49,960 bases of DNA from Nitrososphaerota archaeon (GCA_002713325.1 PAWD01000008.1:138428-188387), one strand, 5' to 3'; shown: positions 1 through 10,298, numbered from the stretch's first letter. The notes: a model not told the origin generated them from the sequence alone. Numbers and translations are program-made.

Positions 1-257
1 CACGCTTTATTCCTCGGGATATCTTATTTCTGATCTCATGATCCATCGCCTCTGAAACATCTGTCATATACCTAGCCATGAAAGTGGTTCTTATGAATTA
101 TTCCTATACATATGATACTTGCTAGTGTGATTCATCACTATATTTGGTGATCCGCTTTCCCCCTCTTCATTACTTACACTAGAAACACCATTCAAATGAA
201 TGTGGTTTTACAAAAGATTAAAATCACATAGTTTTGATTAATATTTGATAAATTACA

Positions 258-1307
258 TTGACACGTATTAGTATGCCACACCGAATATTTGGTTCAGTAA
301 AGTCCTTTACTGCTAAAGGTAAATTACTTTACAAAGATTCTATGCATACACTGGCAGAATCTAGAGATATAGACGAACTTGTTACACGAATAAAAAACAC
401 GATTTATCTTGACGCTGTCTCCAAGCTACAAAAACCCTATACTGCTGTAAGCGTGGAAAATGCTCTACGAGAAGATCTAGTGAATTTCCATGCTAGTATG
501 GCCAATATAGCTGGAGGTTCAGATGTATTAAACGCTTACTTTGTGCGCTACATCATATGGAACCTTAAAGTGATTCTAAAGGGTAAAGCTTCTGGTAGAC
601 TTTACGAAGAGATCTTACCACATGTTAACTTGCGTGCAGAAGAACTTGTAGGTAGACGTGATATAATTGTTAAAGCACTTGTTGGAAAGGATCTTGACGA
701 AGCCATAACCAGTTTAGCCGGTAGTGAATTTGGTGATGATGCACAGAAAGCCGTAAATATATACAAAGAAAAAGGAGACTTGCAAGTATTTGATGTATTT
801 CTTGATCATGTGTTTTATAAAGCACTTGCAAAGGGACTCGCAACATCGGGTAAGGAAACAGATGTGAAGGCAGTAGTTATACCTGAAATAGATGCTTACA
901 ATGTTTTAAGCATTTTGCGGGCTAAGTTCTGGGGTCTTAATGAGCAACAGGTAAAGGAAATTGTAGTTGGAGCTACTTCTACTATTACTGACGATATAAT
1001 TCAAAAGATGATAAAAGCTGAAAATATTAACGATGCTATGATCGAACTCGGAAATACTGTATATAAAGATATAACACCACAGCTAACGAATGATATAGAA
1101 ATAATTACGAACCTTGAAAGATCTTTTGAAGAGATATTATTTAGGAAGTACTTAGGAACATTCAGAAAGATGTTCAATTATGCCACTATGATCTCTATTA
1201 TAAAACTAAAAATGATAGAAGTAAGAAACCTTGCAATAATTGCATCAGCAGTTGAACTGAAGGTACCTACAGATAATGTGATGTCAAAACTTTTACTCGT
1301 AGAATAA
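258..1307 (+). CDS. atpC: A-type ATP synthase subunit C (AC39/d family)
   Basis: 349-aa all-helical ORF of the size expected for archaeal AtpC, sitting directly against atpI/K/D/B/A/E. The ORF opens at TTG 258; the first ATG is at 273 (MPHRIF...). Call rests on size, context and general sequence character. Confidence 0.7.
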   Translation: MTRISMPHRIFGSVKSFTAKGKLLYKDSMHTLAESRDIDELVTRIKNTIYLDAVSKLQKPYTAVSVENALREDLVNFHASMANIAGGSDVLNAYFVRYIIWNLKVILKGKASGRLYEEILPHVNLRAEELVGRRDIIVKALVGKDLDEAITSLAGSEFGDDAQKAVNIYKEKGDLQVFDVFLDHVFYKALAKGLATSGKETDVKAVVIPEIDAYNVLSILRAKFWGLNEQQVKEIVVGATSTITDDIIQKMIKAENINDAMIELGNTVYKDITPQLTNDIEIITNLERSFEEILFRKYLGTFRKMFNYATMISIIKLKMIEVRNLAIIASAVELKVPTDNVMSKLLLVE

Positions 1308-1310
1308 ATC

Positions 1311-3422
1311 CTACTTCTTCTTTTCCCATAGCAAACTTGTATATAGCATCTGTGGTATGATCTTCTTGAACTCCTTTCCTTCTCCCTCATACCACTTGGG
1401 GAACCACTCGTAAAGGTGTAATCTTATTGCCTGTATGTAGACTATAAGACCCTCTATCATTATAATTCCTATATTACCTCCTACAAGCAATGCTAATCCA
1501 AGACCTATACTTCCCTTACTCATATTGTAAATATATGCATCATTAACAGTAATCAAAAGTGCTACATGTACAAGAAGCATTATACCCAGTCTGCTGTAGC
1601 TTATTGTGTGTGATAGCAATTCCATCGTTCGCACCATTATTATTTCAACTACCGCACCCATGATACCTCCACCTTCAGTCTCCAACCCATGTGCCTTCCT
1701 ATGTTTTTCCTCCATGATATGACCTAACATCATGATAGCTATCATAGCAAATAAGATCGGGACAGAGATCTTTGCAATCACTTCTACAGTTGCCCATTCA
1801 CCAACTATGAAGGTTATCCATGGTACTGGTTCGCTATGAACGCGTTCTGTTACACCAAACATACCTATTATATCATACCCAGAACCTATGGCTGCAAGTA
1901 TTAGTGCAACAACAGCACCATACATTACAAGTATAGGTATACCATGGGTATAGACTTCGTGTTTCTTACCCTCCGTTAGTTTTCTCTTAATGTTCAACAC
2001 AAAAGCACTTACAAGATGAACTATACCTATGGCTATAGAGATTTTAAGCACCAAAATCACTTGCTCAAACGAAAGCTCTGAAACCTGAAGTATTCCTATG
2101 AATGGGATGTAATGTGTTATGTAGTTTAGTATTACAACTTCATGTATATGCCATCCAAAGAATTCTCCTGTAATCAAACCGGCAATGCCTGCAGCTACAC
2201 CACTAGCCGCCAATAAAGTACCCCATGTTCTTGTGCCGCCCAGTCCTCTAATTCTAAGCAGCATACCTAAACCGAAAAGTAGTAAACCATGACCAAGATC
2301 TCCAAACATAAGACCATAGAATAGTGGCCAGACGAATGCAATCATCGGCGTGGGATCTATCTCCCCGTACCTAGGTATACCTTGCGTTGACGTTATGACT
2401 TCAAATGTTTTTAAATATTTGGTATTTGTGAGCAGAGAAGGAAGTACCTCCTTATCATGTTCTTCATCGTTTTCCTTTACTTCGTCTATAGCGCATACCC
2501 AGTCCTTAGATAGTTTACGCATCTTCTTCTCCATTATACTTGGTATATAACCCTGAATTATCGCAAAGTTTTTTGTACCACCAGGTTTTCTCATCGTCTC
2601 TAAAACATCTTTTGTAATCCTCGTGCATTCATGAAATGATAATATCTTTGCTGATATGGTAAGCCTGATCTTCTTTGTGTTCTTTTCCAGTTCTTCATGT
2701 CTCTTTTCCAGTTCTCTGATCTTCTGGTCTACTTGTTTATATGCCTCACTAGGGTTCTGTGGTAGATGAGAAGGTATTACGAATTCATGCGCATCAAAAC
2801 TCCTAAATACTTTTGATATTCGTTCAGAGTCTTCTCTAGTTCCAAATATAACTAGAACAACCTTCATTTCGTTCAAACCCATCTTTATAACTGGTAGATC
2901 AAGTACTCTTTCTATTTCTGGTACCTCTTTAGCATTAATTATAAACATGTTTGAATAAAATCTCTTTAAATTGTTGATCTCTGTAAGATCAAGGTTTATA
3001 CTTGATACAACCTTTAATACGTCTAGTAATGTTTGATGTTCTTCGAGTAACCTTTTGACCGAGCCACGTTCGTTAAGAAGAGATCTGGCTTCGTCAACTA
3101 TTGTTTTTGACTTGGATTCCAGATCAGAAATAAGATGTTGTAGATCTTCTACAACAAATTGCATCTTTCCCTTCGGTGCACCATGGAACATCGTAGCTAT
3201 TATACCAGTTTCTAGAGGAATGCTCAGTGCCCTGACAATCTCATCTATAGACTGAAATAATTTCTGGGCTCTTAACAACAAATTGTCAAGTTCTATGTTT
3301 ATGTATTCTGAACCTTGTGATAAAGAATGAAACCATTCGAGTTCCGCCAGACTACTTACTGCTTGCGCAGCTTCGTTTCTAGGAAGAATCAACGTTGCTT
3401 TCATTAATTTAGCTATTGCCAC
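1311..3422 (-). CDS. atpI: A-type ATP synthase subunit I (a-subunit, stator/proton channel)
   Basis: 703 aa. The soluble coiled-coil N-terminal half (~330 aa) is followed by multiple TM helices. Conserved Arg-containing helix HTISYSRLGIMLLVH. Stop lies 3 nt from the atpC stop (convergent). Confidence 0.9.
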   Translation of the reverse strand: MAIAKLMKATLILPRNEAAQAVSSLAELEWFHSLSQGSEYINIELDNLLLRAQKLFQSIDEIVRALSIPLETGIIATMFHGAPKGKMQFVVEDLQHLISDLESKSKTIVDEARSLLNERGSVKRLLEEHQTLLDVLKVVSSINLDLTEINNLKRFYSNMFIINAKEVPEIERVLDLPVIKMGLNEMKVVLVIFGTREDSERISKVFRSFDAHEFVIPSHLPQNPSEAYKQVDQKIRELEKRHEELEKNTKKIRLTISAKILSFHECTRITKDVLETMRKPGGTKNFAIIQGYIPSIMEKKMRKLSKDWVCAIDEVKENDEEHDKEVLPSLLTNTKYLKTFEVITSTQGIPRYGEIDPTPMIAFVWPLFYGLMFGDLGHGLLLFGLGMLLRIRGLGGTRTWGTLLAASGVAAGIAGLITGEFFGWHIHEVVILNYITHYIPFIGILQVSELSFEQVILVLKISIAIGIVHLVSAFVLNIKRKLTEGKKHEVYTHGIPILVMYGAVVALILAAIGSGYDIIGMFGVTERVHSEPVPWITFIVGEWATVEVIAKISVPILFAMIAIMMLGHIMEEKHRKAHGLETEGGGIMGAVVEIIMVRTMELLSHTISYSRLGIMLLVHVALLITVNDAYIYNMSKGSIGLGLALLVGGNIGIIMIEGLIVYIQAIRLHLYEWFPKWYEGEGKEFKKIIPQMLYTSLLWEKKK

Positions 3423-3535
3423 TTATTGAAATGCATTTACAACATCTTTAAAGTCTTTCTTTATTAAACGATATTTTAAGATCTAATAACTTGGTAAATC
3501 AAATAAAATATAAATAATTATTTGTGTTTTTATGC

Positions 3536-3889
3536 TCACTGTCCCAATATAATGAACATCATAACTATACCATATATTGCTATAGATTCTACCATTCCGA
3601 TGAATATGAAGACCTTAGACTGCATCTTTGGGTTATCACTTATAGCTGCAAGACCTGCTGCACCAACATATCCAAGACCTATACCAGCACCAAGTGCTGC
3701 TAAACCAAAAGCCAATCCTGCACCTAACAACTTAGCTCCAACCATACCACCTCCAGCCTCCTGCGCGAATGCTTGAGTAGTCACTGTACTCAATATTGAT
3801 ATTGCTAGTACCACTAGCAATAATCCTAACACTTCATGTCTTCTTCTCTTACCTAATTCGTTCAATTTTCTTTTCACTTCTTTTATCAT
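3536..3889 (-). CDS. atpK: A-type ATP synthase proteolipid subunit K (c-subunit) with N-terminal signal-peptide-like extension
   Basis: The C-terminal ~70 aa is a classic 2-TM hairpin (GAGLAFGLAALGAGIGLGYVG ... IGMVESIAIYGIV with the carboxylate Glu). 48 in-frame codons upstream look like a signal peptide. An alternative start is Met49 at 3745. Confidence 0.85.
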   Translation of the reverse strand: MIKEVKRKLNELGKRRRHEVLGLLLVVLAISILSTVTTQAFAQEAGGGMVGAKLLGAGLAFGLAALGAGIGLGYVGAAGLAAISDNPKMQSKVFIFIGMVESIAIYGIVMMFIILGQ

Positions 3890-4074
3890 AAAATAGAGAA
3901 AATCGAGAAACTTCTTCTCATCATTTTCTTATAAACTTGCTGCCGTAATGTTGTTTATAAGCCTTTGGTAAAGAACGTTTGATTTTCATCATGAAGATAA
4001 TATCATTACCACGTTATAAAACATATTTTTTGCGTTGAATACATGGAGAAACATATTCCATTACAAAATTTTTA

Positions 4075-4200
4075 TTATTTTGCAAGTGTCTTTTGTTTGG
4101 TTGTATTCAGTTCTTCTTTGATCTTTTCAACTGCTCTGTCGCGTTCTAGTCTTAACTTCTTTTCAGCTTCATTGTACAGCTCCTTTGTTGATCCACCCAT
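4075..4200 (-). CDS. 41-aa charged coiled-coil micro-ORF coupled to atpD (possible stalk H/G-like remnant)
   Basis: Hand translation of the reverse strand gives MGGSTKELYNEAEKKLRLERDRAVEKIKEELNTTKQKTLAK*. Its ATG overlaps the atpD TGA stop (TGATG at 4198-4202). It is below the ORF-track cut-off. Confidence 0.35.
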   Translation of the reverse strand: MGGSTKELYNEAEKKLRLERDRAVEKIKEELNTTKQKTLAK

Positions 4201-4847
4201 CACACATTCACCCTCTTCTTCTCTAACACAATCTTGACCTTCTTCAATCTTACGAATTCAAATCGCTCTGTTTCTTCCAGTGTAGCAGCGATGAATCGTA
4301 TAGAGTTTTTATACTGAGGCATAATAATATATTCCAAGGCATTAAGTAATTTTCGCGTTCTTTCTAACTCCTTCGCTAAACTGAGTATAGCATTTTCAAA
4401 TTCAGCCGCCTTGCATATTATTGGTAGAATATTTTTTATCAGTTTTGCTGCGTTATCAACGGCAGCATTAGTATCAGCAAAACCATACGATAACGACTCC
4501 AAGTTTTTTGTTGATACCTGAAGTGTGGGAACTTTGACGCCAACTATTGAATTTACATTAACATCAACTTCCACACTAGAAGGTGTAAACATTGCAATTG
4601 ATTCCAATTTTACAGTTCCAAGAGAGAGATAAGAGTCAAACACAGCAGAATAGATAGTTTCTAAAGGGTCCCACATGCCTTCCCTAGCCTTATTAGCTTC
4701 TCCGATCATTTCGTCAATTTTTTTCAGTATAACTTCTCTTTTATCATCAAGTATTTTATAAACCACCTTTGCTAACTTCAGAGAACGTTTGAGCCTGATA
4801 AGTCCGATCTTTGTTGGAAGAACACCTTTTGCAATAGAAGCTGGCAT
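4200..4847 (-). CDS. atpD: A-type ATP synthase subunit D (central stalk)
   Basis: 215 aa. The N-terminus PTKIGLIRLKRSLKLAKVVYKILDDKREVIL is typical of the V/A-type D family. Long helices at both ends. Abuts the atpB stop. Confidence 0.85.
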   Translation of the reverse strand: MPASIAKGVLPTKIGLIRLKRSLKLAKVVYKILDDKREVILKKIDEMIGEANKAREGMWDPLETIYSAVFDSYLSLGTVKLESIAMFTPSSVEVDVNVNSIVGVKVPTLQVSTKNLESLSYGFADTNAAVDNAAKLIKNILPIICKAAEFENAILSLAKELERTRKLLNALEYIIMPQYKNSIRFIAATLEETERFEFVRLKKVKIVLEKKRVNV

Positions 4848-6230
4848 CTATTTCGCCTTATAGTATTGTTTTACGTAATTCTCTTTAATCTTTGTCAATT
4901 CGCCTTCTGGTAGTAATGATAGTACATCCCATGCCCTACCAAGAGTTTCTTCCAACGTTCTATTTTCATCGTCACTCTGTCTTTGAAAACGCTCTTCAAA
5001 TTGATTACCAAACTCCAAATATTTCAGGTCAACATCAGTGAGACCTGCCTTACCAACAATTTCAGATAAAGCTCTCACCTCTTGGGATCTTGAATAAGCA
5101 TCATACATTTGATTACTAACTTCCATATGGTCGCTTCTGGTTTTACCTTCTCCTACACCATCCTTCATCAGCCTACTTAGACTCATAAGCACACCAGCTG
5201 GAGGATACACTTCCTTTTGGAATAGCTCTCTACTAAGCACGATCTGGCCTTCAGTAATATACCCGGTTAGATCTGGGATTGGATGCGTAATGTCATCTGA
5301 TGGCATCGATAATATTGGCATCTGCGTTATACTACCTTTCAACCCTTTCACCTTACCAGCACGCTCATAGAGCATTGCAAGATCGGTGTATAGATAGCCT
5401 GGATAGCCCTTTCTACCTGGTACTTCTTCTCTGGCAGCACTTATCTCTCTTAGCGCTTCAGCATAGTTTGTCATGTCTGTAGTGATAACAAGAACATGCA
5501 TGCCAAGATCGAATGCAAGGTATTCTGCTACTGTTAATCCAACTCTAGGAGTTATGATCCTTTCAATTGCGGGATCATCAGCAAGGTTAAGGAAAAGTAC
5601 ACTTCTCCTTAACGCACCGCTTTCTTCAAGGCTCCGTTTGAAATACTGTGCTTCACCATGTTGCACTCCAATTGCATTGAAAACAACCGCGAATTCCTCA
5701 CCACTTCCCGACACAGTTGCTTGCCTTGCAACTTGAGCTGCAAGTGTGTTGTGTGGCATCCCAGAACCAGAAAAGATGGGAAGTTTCTGTCCCCTTACAA
5801 GTGTAAGCATACCATCAATAACAGAAACACCCGTCTGGATAAAGTCCTCTGGGTAGTCACGCATTTCAGGATTAATGGGAGAACCGTTTATATCAAGAAA
5901 ATCTTCAGCTATGGGTTCTGGTAAACCATCAATAGGTCTACCCAAACCATCAAATACTCTACCCAAAAGTTCCTGCGAGACAGGCATCTCCATAGTCTTA
6001 CCCAAAAATCTTGCCTTAGTACCGGTTATACTTAGACCATAGGTACCTTCAAAGACCTGAACTACTGCTTTACCAAAGCCAATCTCTAATACTTTCCCTA
6101 ACCTCGTTTCACCATCTACAGTTTCTATTTCAACAAGTTCATCAAATGAGGCTTTAGTTACACCGTCTATTACTATTAGTGGACCTTTGATCTCTTGAAC
6201 CTTTGTATACTCCATACTTGCTTCAGCCAA
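4848..6230 (-). CDS. atpB: A-type ATP synthase subunit B (regulatory)
   Basis: 460 aa with a strongly conserved alpha/beta ATPase core ([52 protein letters not shown]). Confidence 0.95.
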   Translation of the reverse strand: MAEASMEYTKVQEIKGPLIVIDGVTKASFDELVEIETVDGETRLGKVLEIGFGKAVVQVFEGTYGLSITGTKARFLGKTMEMPVSQELLGRVFDGLGRPIDGLPEPIAEDFLDINGSPINPEMRDYPEDFIQTGVSVIDGMLTLVRGQKLPIFSGSGMPHNTLAAQVARQATVSGSGEEFAVVFNAIGVQHGEAQYFKRSLEESGALRRSVLFLNLADDPAIERIITPRVGLTVAEYLAFDLGMHVLVITTDMTNYAEALREISAAREEVPGRKGYPGYLYTDLAMLYERAGKVKGLKGSITQMPILSMPSDDITHPIPDLTGYITEGQIVLSRELFQKEVYPPAGVLMSLSRLMKDGVGEGKTRSDHMEVSNQMYDAYSRSQEVRALSEIVGKAGLTDVDLKYLEFGNQFEERFQRQSDDENRTLEETLGRAWDVLSLLPEGELTKIKENYVKQYYKAK

Positions 6231-8021
6231 CTAGTGCTCAACCTCTTGTTTTCCAGTTAATTGCTTGAATTGGATAATCATATCATTAGCAAGTTCATCA
6301 AATTTTTCTAGTTGATCATTAGGAATTTCAAATTTTGCCTTGAGCAATCTAGTAATTATAGGCATCTTAGTGATATCTGGTAGCGAAGCACCTTCTTTAA
6401 GTGCTTTGTTTGCTTCCTTACCGAATTCAACTATAATTTTCAATAATTTCAACTGTTTCGCCGGAACGCAATAAGTATCAATCTTATCGTAAGCACTCTG
6501 CTGTAGTATACCAATCTTGATCATCCTAGCCACTTCAAGCACAAGTTTCTCTTCTTCAGGTAATCCTTCCGGACCGAGCAAACGAACGATTTCCTTCAGT
6601 GTATCTTCCCTCTGAAGAATGGAATAACCTTCACCTCTTAGATTATACCACTCTTTACTCACATTTTCTATCCACCACTTTGATATATCTTTGAGGTAGC
6701 CTGAATAACTTGACATCCAATTAATTGATGGATAATGTCTAGAATAAGCAAGCTGTGTATCAAGTCCCCAGAAGGTCTTGATGAATCTGATAGTATGTGT
6801 AGTCACTGGTTCTGTAAAGTCAGCACCTGATGGTGACACTGCTCCAACAAGTGTTACAGATCCAGTTCTATCTGGTGTACCCAATGCCTTGACTCTTCCT
6901 GCCCGCTCGTAAAATTCAGCTAACCTTGAAGCAAGATATGATGGATATCCTTCCTCTGCAGGCATTTCCTCAAGCCTTCCACTCATCTCCCTCAACGCTT
7001 CTGCCCATCTACTAGTTGAATCTGCAACAAGCACAACATCATAGCCCATATCCCTGTAATATTCTCCTATGGTTACACCAGTGTAGATACTTGCCTCTCT
7101 TGCAGCTACTGGCATGTTACTTGTATTTGCTACAAGTACTGTTCGCTCCATAAGTGGTCTCCCAGAATTAGGATCTATAAGTTCAGGGAATTTTCTTAAT
7201 ACTTCCGTCATTTCGTTGCCACGTTCGCCACATCCTATATAAACAACGACCTTCGAGTCTGCCCATGCAGCTATCTGGTGTAGTGTTACCGTCTTACCAG
7301 TTCCGAAACCTCCTGGTATGGCACCGGTACCTCCCTTTGCTATAGGAAAGAATGTGTCGATGATACGTTGACCAGTTATCAAAGGAATGTTTGGATCAAG
7401 TTTTTGCAAATATGGCCTTGGTTTTCTTACCGGCGAATACTGGTATAACAAAACTTCAGTATCTTTACCATTATGTTGAACAGTAGCTATTGGATGCTCT
7501 AGATCATAGATTCCTTCCTTCTCAATAGTAGTTATTTTACCCCCAGGATGATCTGGTGGTAACATTATAGAATGCAAAACCAACGGTGTCTCATCCACTT
7601 CTCCTATCTTACTTCCTGCTAGCACTTCATCGCCTATCTTAAGAGTTGGCATAAACTTGTATTTCTTCTTCAAATCCAAAGGCATTGTGCTTATACCTTT
7701 ACCAATAAAAGTACCAGAACGCTTTGCAATATCATCCAACGGTCTCTGTATTCCATCATAAATCCTACCGATTATACCTGGACCTAAAAGGACGTTTAAT
7801 GGCTTACCAGTACCCTCAACAGGTTCACCTGGTCTAAGACCAGCAGTAGACTCGTAAACCTGCACGAAAGCAATATCGCCAGTTAACCTGATTACTTCAC
7901 CTATAAGTTTTGATTCTCCAACATGAACTGTTTCATAAATTTTAGCATCTGCCATACCATCTGCCTTTACCGCTGGTCCACTAATCCAGACTATTCTACC
8001 TTTTGCTACCATATGTATCAC
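6231..8021 (-). CDS. atpA: A-type ATP synthase subunit A (catalytic)
   Basis: 596 aa. P-loop [45 protein letters not shown], and the A-subunit-specific insertion after the N-terminal barrel. GTG at 8021 overlaps the atpE stop; the first ATG is at 8012. Confidence 0.95.
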   Translation of the reverse strand: MIHMVAKGRIVWISGPAVKADGMADAKIYETVHVGESKLIGEVIRLTGDIAFVQVYESTAGLRPGEPVEGTGKPLNVLLGPGIIGRIYDGIQRPLDDIAKRSGTFIGKGISTMPLDLKKKYKFMPTLKIGDEVLAGSKIGEVDETPLVLHSIMLPPDHPGGKITTIEKEGIYDLEHPIATVQHNGKDTEVLLYQYSPVRKPRPYLQKLDPNIPLITGQRIIDTFFPIAKGGTGAIPGGFGTGKTVTLHQIAAWADSKVVVYIGCGERGNEMTEVLRKFPELIDPNSGRPLMERTVLVANTSNMPVAAREASIYTGVTIGEYYRDMGYDVVLVADSTSRWAEALREMSGRLEEMPAEEGYPSYLASRLAEFYERAGRVKALGTPDRTGSVTLVGAVSPSGADFTEPVTTHTIRFIKTFWGLDTQLAYSRHYPSINWMSSYSGYLKDISKWWIENVSKEWYNLRGEGYSILQREDTLKEIVRLLGPEGLPEEEKLVLEVARMIKIGILQQSAYDKIDTYCVPAKQLKLLKIIVEFGKEANKALKEGASLPDITKMPIITRLLKAKFEIPNDQLEKFDELANDMIIQFKQLTGKQEVEH

Positions 8022-8623
8022 TTGAACATTATAGCGATATCTTTTCTTATGATGGGTTTCAGACGTTCTATTCTTGAGTCTAACGTATTATCATAAACCA
8101 TAGAACCATCTTTAGACATGACTCTTAGTCCACCAAGGACATCTATCGCCTCTTCACTAATGTTAATCTTCATTTTAAGATTTAGTCCCAATTCCGAAGC
8201 CATTTTCTTTACAACATCCCTATCCTTCCCATTACATTCCACTATTACTTCTTCTGCATTGATAGAATTAAGACCGTCCTCCAATAGTTTCTTCATCATG
8301 GAAACATATTCATTACTACTTCTTACCGAGTCGATCTTTGTCTTTGCCTTTTCAAACGCATCTGACACAGCTTCCTCAATCAGCACCAACTGTTTGTTTC
8401 TTGTAGAGAGTCTACTATTTCCCACGATCTGTTTCTTTAGGTTCTCTGCCTGTTTTCTAGCATCATCCATAATTTTATTATAATCAGATTCTATAATGTG
8501 TTTTGAAGCCATTAATTTTTTTTCAGCATCATCATAGGCAACATCAATTTTTGATATCATATCACTTTCTGCTTGCGATAAAACTTTATTAATTATTTGT
8601 TCTAGAGCAGAATTTGTATCCAT
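8018..8623 (-). CDS. atpE: A-type ATP synthase subunit E (peripheral stalk)
   Basis: 201 aa. Long charged N-terminal helix plus a globular C-terminal domain. First gene of the minus-strand ATPase unit. Confidence 0.7.
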   Translation of the reverse strand: MDTNSALEQIINKVLSQAESDMISKIDVAYDDAEKKLMASKHIIESDYNKIMDDARKQAENLKKQIVGNSRLSTRNKQLVLIEEAVSDAFEKAKTKIDSVRSSNEYVSMMKKLLEDGLNSINAEEVIVECNGKDRDVVKKMASELGLNLKMKINISEEAIDVLGGLRVMSKDGSMVYDNTLDSRIERLKPIIRKDIAIMFK

Positions 8624-8713
8624 ATAAAATAAATGCCAACATTAGGGCATTTTAACTTTACTGATCTTTTTCTGTTATCATCTTAATAAACCTGAAAACC
8701 ATGTTCTATACAT

Positions 8714-9361
8714 ATGCTAGGAGACAGAAACCTGAAAGACATTATACAGAAAACCATGGATCATATATACAGGGACTTTTATTTCCAAATAGATAAAACC
8801 AATAATCGAATAATACATGTAAAGGAAATTGTAACTTGTCTACGCAAGTCATACTATGATAGAAAGAGCCCTCTTCTTCCAACCAACATGCAGAAGGTCT
8901 CCACAATAATTAGTGATGGCATGCGTAGGTCAATCAAAAATAGTGCAATAGAGGAGTACAACATAGATTCTGATCTTTCCCTTGTAAGCTACGCAGATAC
9001 AATTGTTGACGATATAGTGATCAAGTTTGAAATAATAGATAAATTACCAAAGACACCCAATCCAAAGGATCTCCTGAATCTAAATACAACTATGTGGATA
9101 TTTGATAAGATGGAAGGAATTATTGTTTACATGACTAACGACGGCAGATCTGTAGAATTTGCATTTACGAAGGACAAGCATATGTTCGAAGAAATCATGA
9201 GAAGAGCAAGGGTCTTCAGCACACTTCTTAAGGAGGAGAAGACACCTATATTGGAACCATCGGAAACATGTATAACGTGTCCATACTACGAAAGATGTTA
9301 CATACAGCAAAAAAAATACTCTAATTTAACACTGGAAAGGCTATTGGGATTCAAGAAGTAG
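8714..9361 (+). CDS. Cas4/RecB-like PD-(D/E)xK nuclease with 4-Cys cluster (solo, no CRISPR-cas nearby)
   Basis: The N-terminal motif HVKEIVTCLRKSYYDR plus the C-terminal CITCPYYERC gives the C...CxxCxxxxxC arrangement of Cas4/AddB-type Fe-S nucleases. Acidic/Lys core around ADTIVDDIVIKFEI. Confidence 0.5.
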   Translation: MLGDRNLKDIIQKTMDHIYRDFYFQIDKTNNRIIHVKEIVTCLRKSYYDRKSPLLPTNMQKVSTIISDGMRRSIKNSAIEEYNIDSDLSLVSYADTIVDDIVIKFEIIDKLPKTPNPKDLLNLNTTMWIFDKMEGIIVYMTNDGRSVEFAFTKDKHMFEEIMRRARVFSTLLKEEKTPILEPSETCITCPYYERCYIQQKKYSNLTLERLLGFKK

Positions 9362-9369
9362 GAATGATA

Positions 9370-9891
9370 TTAAATTGTAAAATCAAAGTTTAGCTCCTGT
9401 CCACCGGCTCTTACAGGATCGGTAACGAAGAAGGTACCACTAACACGCCACTGAATTTTATTGTTCAGAAGATCGTTCCATATTTGGATAAGAGGTTCAG
9501 TGTTTTTTACTTCAACCTTGTCATTCAGAGTCAAGGAGAACTCCCTGTACATAGTGAAAGTCCTTCCAGTACCTGTTGCGAAACCTTCTGGTCTTTCACC
9601 TATTTCCGAACTGGCTACTCTTATTCCATTTGCATATAAGTTGTACCGTATAGACTCAAGCACAACCGAGTTCATATTAGGGTTGAACGCATTAAATCCT
9701 ACTTGTATTATGGCCTTCTCTTCATCTACAGACACAAGGTCTAAGCTTCTCAAATTCAATACAACATCCTTAATTACAAATTCTTGTTGATCCTGTGGAA
9801 GTCTTAATATGCCGCTGGAAGTCATTATAAAAAGTAATATAATAACACAAACACCAGCAATCATGGTACCCATAAGGCCTTTATTAAACAC
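9370..9891 (-). CDS. Membrane-anchored WHy/LEA_2-like (LEA14/NDR1-type) protein, paralog 1
   Basis: N-terminal TM helix followed by a beta-rich domain (IIQVGFNAFNPNMNSVVLESIRYNLYANGIRVASS). Clear paralog of 39370..39900. Confidence 0.5.
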   Translation of the reverse strand: MFNKGLMGTMIAGVCVIILLFIMTSSGILRLPQDQQEFVIKDVVLNLRSLDLVSVDEEKAIIQVGFNAFNPNMNSVVLESIRYNLYANGIRVASSEIGERPEGFATGTGRTFTMYREFSLTLNDKVEVKNTEPLIQIWNDLLNNKIQWRVSGTFFVTDPVRAGGQELNFDFTI

Positions 9892-9977
9892 ATTTTGAAT
9901 TAAATTTCAATTATCATTTAAAGTTTTCATGTATACATATGAAAAAAGTTTATACACGTTGACTAGGAAAAAAGTTT

Positions 9978-10298
9978 GTGAAATATCACGAGGCAACACT
10001 AATGGGACAACAAAGAGCAAGGAAGTCTCAACATAAACTTTTCACATATTCTGGTTTTGCATTCCTAACTAAAATAGTTAAACAGGTAAATGGTGGATTT
10101 GAACCAGTAGGAGAAAAGGAACTGGTAGCAATAGAAGATATAGATAATGATAATATGCTGGTTATAATTTGTGATGAAGATGGTTATGCAAAAGCACAAA
10201 CAAAACCATTATCGAATGAAGAAGCAAAGAAAATTTTTGAAAAGATGATTATTGAAGGTTTCAAGGAATTCAGAGGAATGGTAAAAGCCATCAAGTAA
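9978..10298 (+). CDS. Hypothetical small protein
   Basis: 106-aa ORF opening at GTG. The likely ATG is at 10002 (MGQQRARK...). Protein-like composition, no motif recognised. Its 3' end overlaps the pyrH 3' end by 8 nt. Confidence 0.35.
   Translation: MKYHEATLMGQQRARKSQHKLFTYSGFAFLTKIVKQVNGGFEPVGEKELVAIEDIDNDNMLVIICDEDGYAKAQTKPLSNEEAKKIFEKMIIEGFKEFRGMVKAIK

Noticed and set aside
1-79. Possible 5' end of a minus-strand gene (ATG at 77-79, MARYMTDVSEAMDHEIRNKISRGIKR...) running off the left edge.
   Set aside because: Only 26 codons are visible and no motif is recognisable. That is too little evidence to call a feature.
5300-5924. Three plus-strand ORFs (60-88 aa) inside atpB. Similar antisense ORFs occur inside atpI (2350..2550, 3055..3255), atpK (3522..3776) and atpE (8118..8483).
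   Set aside because: They are antisense shadows of strongly conserved ATPase genes. Their composition is Ser/Leu/Cys-rich and low-complexity, with no motifs.
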